From Trueperaceae bacterium (GTDB lineage Bacteria; Deinococcota; Deinococci; Deinococcales; Trueperaceae), in the NCBI GenBank assembly GCA_965214405.1, contig OZ243956.1, positions 1,824,001 to 1,888,000 of the forward strand: DNA of 64,000 bases, written 5' to 3'. Within the stretch, counting starts at the first letter, position 1. Every line of letters starts with the position of its first letter. A program made the translations under genes and the position numbers. Shown one piece after another: positions 61,896 through 64,000 of this stretch. Under the pieces are notes generated by a model. That model made no database searches. It saw only the letters and a program-made list of their open reading frames with translations, and was not told the origin of the DNA.

Positions 61896-64000
61896 AGCCG
61901 CTCAAACTCTCCCTGGGCGGCTTTACCTGTTTCCGCGAAGCCACCGACATCAGTTTTGAAGATTTGGAGCTTTTCGCCATTTCCGGCCCCACCGGGGCGG
62001 GCAAATCGACGCTTTTAGACGCCATCACCTACGCGCTTTACGGGCGGACGGCGCGCTTGGGCTCGACGGGGCTGGACGCGCTCATCTCGCCGGGTCTGAA
62101 AAACATGTTCGTGACGCTCGAGTTCCGCACCGACCGTGACACCACCTACCGCGTCACGCGCGTGTCGGAGCGCAAGGGGAGCCGGAGCCCGGACAACCAG
62201 ACGCGCATTGAGAAGCTGCAACCGGACGCGACCTGGCGGCAGCTTCCCGACAGCGAAAAAATCAAGGAGGCCAACGCCAAACTCTCCCAAATCATCGGCC
62301 TCGACTACGAAGGCTTTACCCGCGCGGTCTTGCTGCCGCAGGGGGCCTTTGACGAGTTTTTGCGCGGCAACCCGTCCGAGCGGCGCAGGCTCCTCGTGAG
62401 TCTCTTAAACCTCGGCACGGTCGAGCAAATCGGGCGGCTCGCGGGCGAGCGAGCGCGGGCCGCGCAGGGCGAGGCGGCGGGGATTCGGACGCGGCTCGAC
62501 CAGGACTACGCCGGAGCCACCCCCGCGCGGCGGCGCGAACTCAAAGATGAGCTAGAAAATCTCAAGGCGCAGAAAACCAGGTGTGAAGAGGAGCGCGAGG
62601 CGGTGGCGCAGACGCTAAAGGAGCTCGAGGCGGTGGCGGCGCTCCTTGAGGAGCAAGCGGGGGTGGCGCGGCAGCTTGCCACGCTAAAGGCGCAAGAGGG
62701 GGAGGTTGAGGCGGCGCGGAAGACTCTCACGCTGGCGCAGGAGGCGGCGCGGGTGACGCCTCACTTGACTGTTTTGGACGACCGCCAGCGCAAGTTGGAC
62801 GCGGCGCGGTTCGAGCAAGAGGCGGTCCATAAAGCTTCTCACGCGGCGCAAGAAGCGGCGCACGTCGCCGAAACGCGCTTCGCCGAGGCGGAAGGGAACG
62901 CGGCGAGGATACCCGAACTTGGGGAGAGGCTCGAGGCCCTGGCCGAACTCCGGCCCCTCGTCCGGCTGCTCCGGTCTCGAGGGGGGGACTTGTCGCTGGC
63001 CGACGGAGCGAGCACGGCTGACGCTTACGACGAGCGCGCCTGGGACGCGCTTCAGGCGCTGATGGCGGGCTTGCCCACGCTCAAACGCGCGCGGCGGGAG
63101 GCGGGGGAGGCGCAACAGGCTTTAGAGGGCGCAAAGGCGACGGTGCAAAAGGGCGAGGCGGACGCCGCGGCGCTCCGCAGCAAAGTTGAGAGCATCAAAG
63201 AACGGGGCCGCACCGCCAGAGAGCGCAAGACCGGGGCGGAAGAAGCGTACAAACGCGCTGAAGTCGAAAACCGCGCCGCCGCGCTCCGCACGCACCTCCA
63301 CGTGGGCGAGCCCTGTCCGGTCTGCACGCAGCAGGTGAAAAGGCTCCCGCCGGAAACGCACACCGATTTGCCCCGTTTGGAACGCGAAAGAGACGCCGCT
63401 AACGAGGCGCTTGAAAGGCTTCTGGACGAACACCGTGACGTGAGCGGCAAACTGGACACCCTAAAGGCGCGTTTGGAGGACTGGCGGGGCGAGGTCGCCA
63501 AAACCGAGGCGGCGTTGGGGCGGTCGCAGCAGGGTTTGGCGGAGGCGGGCGCGGGTTTCGCGCGTTTCCGTACGGACGAGCCGGAGGCGTTGGAGAAACT
63601 TCTGGAGGGTCAACGTAAGGGACTTCTCACCCGCCTCGCCCAAACCATCCGCGCCCGCGCTCACGGCCTCGACCCGGAGCGCGCCCACGCGCAGCTCACG
63701 GCGGAGCGCAAGGGGCTGCAAGAGGCGTTTGAGGCCGCGCGTACGAAGCGAGAAGCTGCGCGGCGCGCCCTCGAGACCCACCAGACCAAACTCGAGCTGC
63801 TCTCCGCGCGGCTCTCTGAACGCGTTGAAGAAACCGAAAGCGCCGCCCGAACCTTTGAGGAGGCCCTAACGCGTACGGACTTTCAAAACGCCGCCGAGGT
63901 GCGCGCGGCGGCGTTGGCCGAGGCCAGAATGGGGGTGCTCGAGACGCGCGTCAAGAGCTTCCAAACCCAACGCGACGCCGCCGAACGTAAAGCGGTCGAA
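61892..64000 (+). CDS. sbcC: Exonuclease SbcCD subunit C (SMC-like ATPase), runs off the right edge
   Basis: Not in the ORF track. GTG overlaps the sbcD stop: MKPLKLSLGGFTCF, FAISGPTGAGKSTLLDAITYALYG, LLPQGAF..FL, coiled coil and zinc hook GEPCPVC. Confidence 0.95.
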   Translation, partial: MKPLKLSLGGFTCFREATDISFEDLELFAISGPTGAGKSTLLDAITYALYGRTARLGSTGLDALISPGLKNMFVTLEFRTDRDTTYRVTRVSERKGSRSPDNQTRIEKLQPDATWRQLPDSEKIKEANAKLSQIIGLDYEGFTRAVLLPQGAFDEFLRGNPSERRRLLVSLLNLGTVEQIGRLAGERARAAQGEAAGIRTRLDQDYAGATPARRRELKDELENLKAQKTRCEEEREAVAQTLKELEAVAALLEEQAGVARQLATLKAQEGEVEAARKTLTLAQEAARVTPHLTVLDDRQRKLDAARFEQEAVHKASHAAQEAAHVAETRFAEAEGNAARIPELGERLEALAELRPLVRLLRSRGGDLSLADGASTADAYDERAWDALQALMAGLPTLKRARREAGEAQQALEGAKATVQKGEADAAALRSKVESIKERGRTARERKTGAEEAYKRAEVENRAAALRTHLHVGEPCPVCTQQVKRLPPETHTDLPRLERERDAANEALERLLDEHRDVSGKLDTLKARLEDWRGEVAKTEAALGRSQQGLAEAGAGFARFRTDEPEALEKLLEGQRKGLLTRLAQTIRARAHGLDPERAHAQLTAERKGLQEAFEAARTKREAARRALETHQTKLELLSARLSERVEETESAARTFEEALTRTDFQNAAEVRAAALAEARMGVLETRVKSFQTQRDAAERKAVE

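Noticed and set aside
61837..63781. Minus-strand track ORFs at the right end
   Set aside because: They are shadows of the plus-strand sbcC frame that runs off the window.

Overview
GC-rich chromosomal window that looks like a Deinococcota bacterium, probably Trueperaceae-like. The evidence is Thermus/Deinococcus-type ProS and SpoVS, CIRCE plus HAIR boxes, and many apparently leaderless genes. Housekeeping content: gltB (partial), an ilvB-ilvN-ilvC-leuA-cimA operon with a leader-peptide attenuator, alkaline phosphatase next to a CPFC-protein/ABC module, spoVS, a zinc metallopeptidase, rsmB, lon, groESL, psuG, a RodZ-like gene, hsp20, a GH1 beta-glucosidase, proS, azlCD, an HxlR-linked redox operon and sbcDC (partial). 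The most striking feature is a six-gene cluster at 41.7-48.9 kb: a serine-palmitoyltransferase-like enzyme, a bacterial ceramide-synthase-type GNAT, a CPBP membrane protein, an NAD-dependent reductase, an MGDG-synthase-type glycosyltransferase and a flippase-like membrane protein. Together they look like a glycosphingolipid pathway in a phylum where I know of no described sphingolipids. Other notable signals are orphan antitoxins with toxins cut to stubs inside operons, two probable ATC start codons, strong enrichment of the palindrome CTCGAG, xTGG linker motifs in secreted proteins and a structured gltB leader. All assignments come from manual motif recognition; no searches were run.
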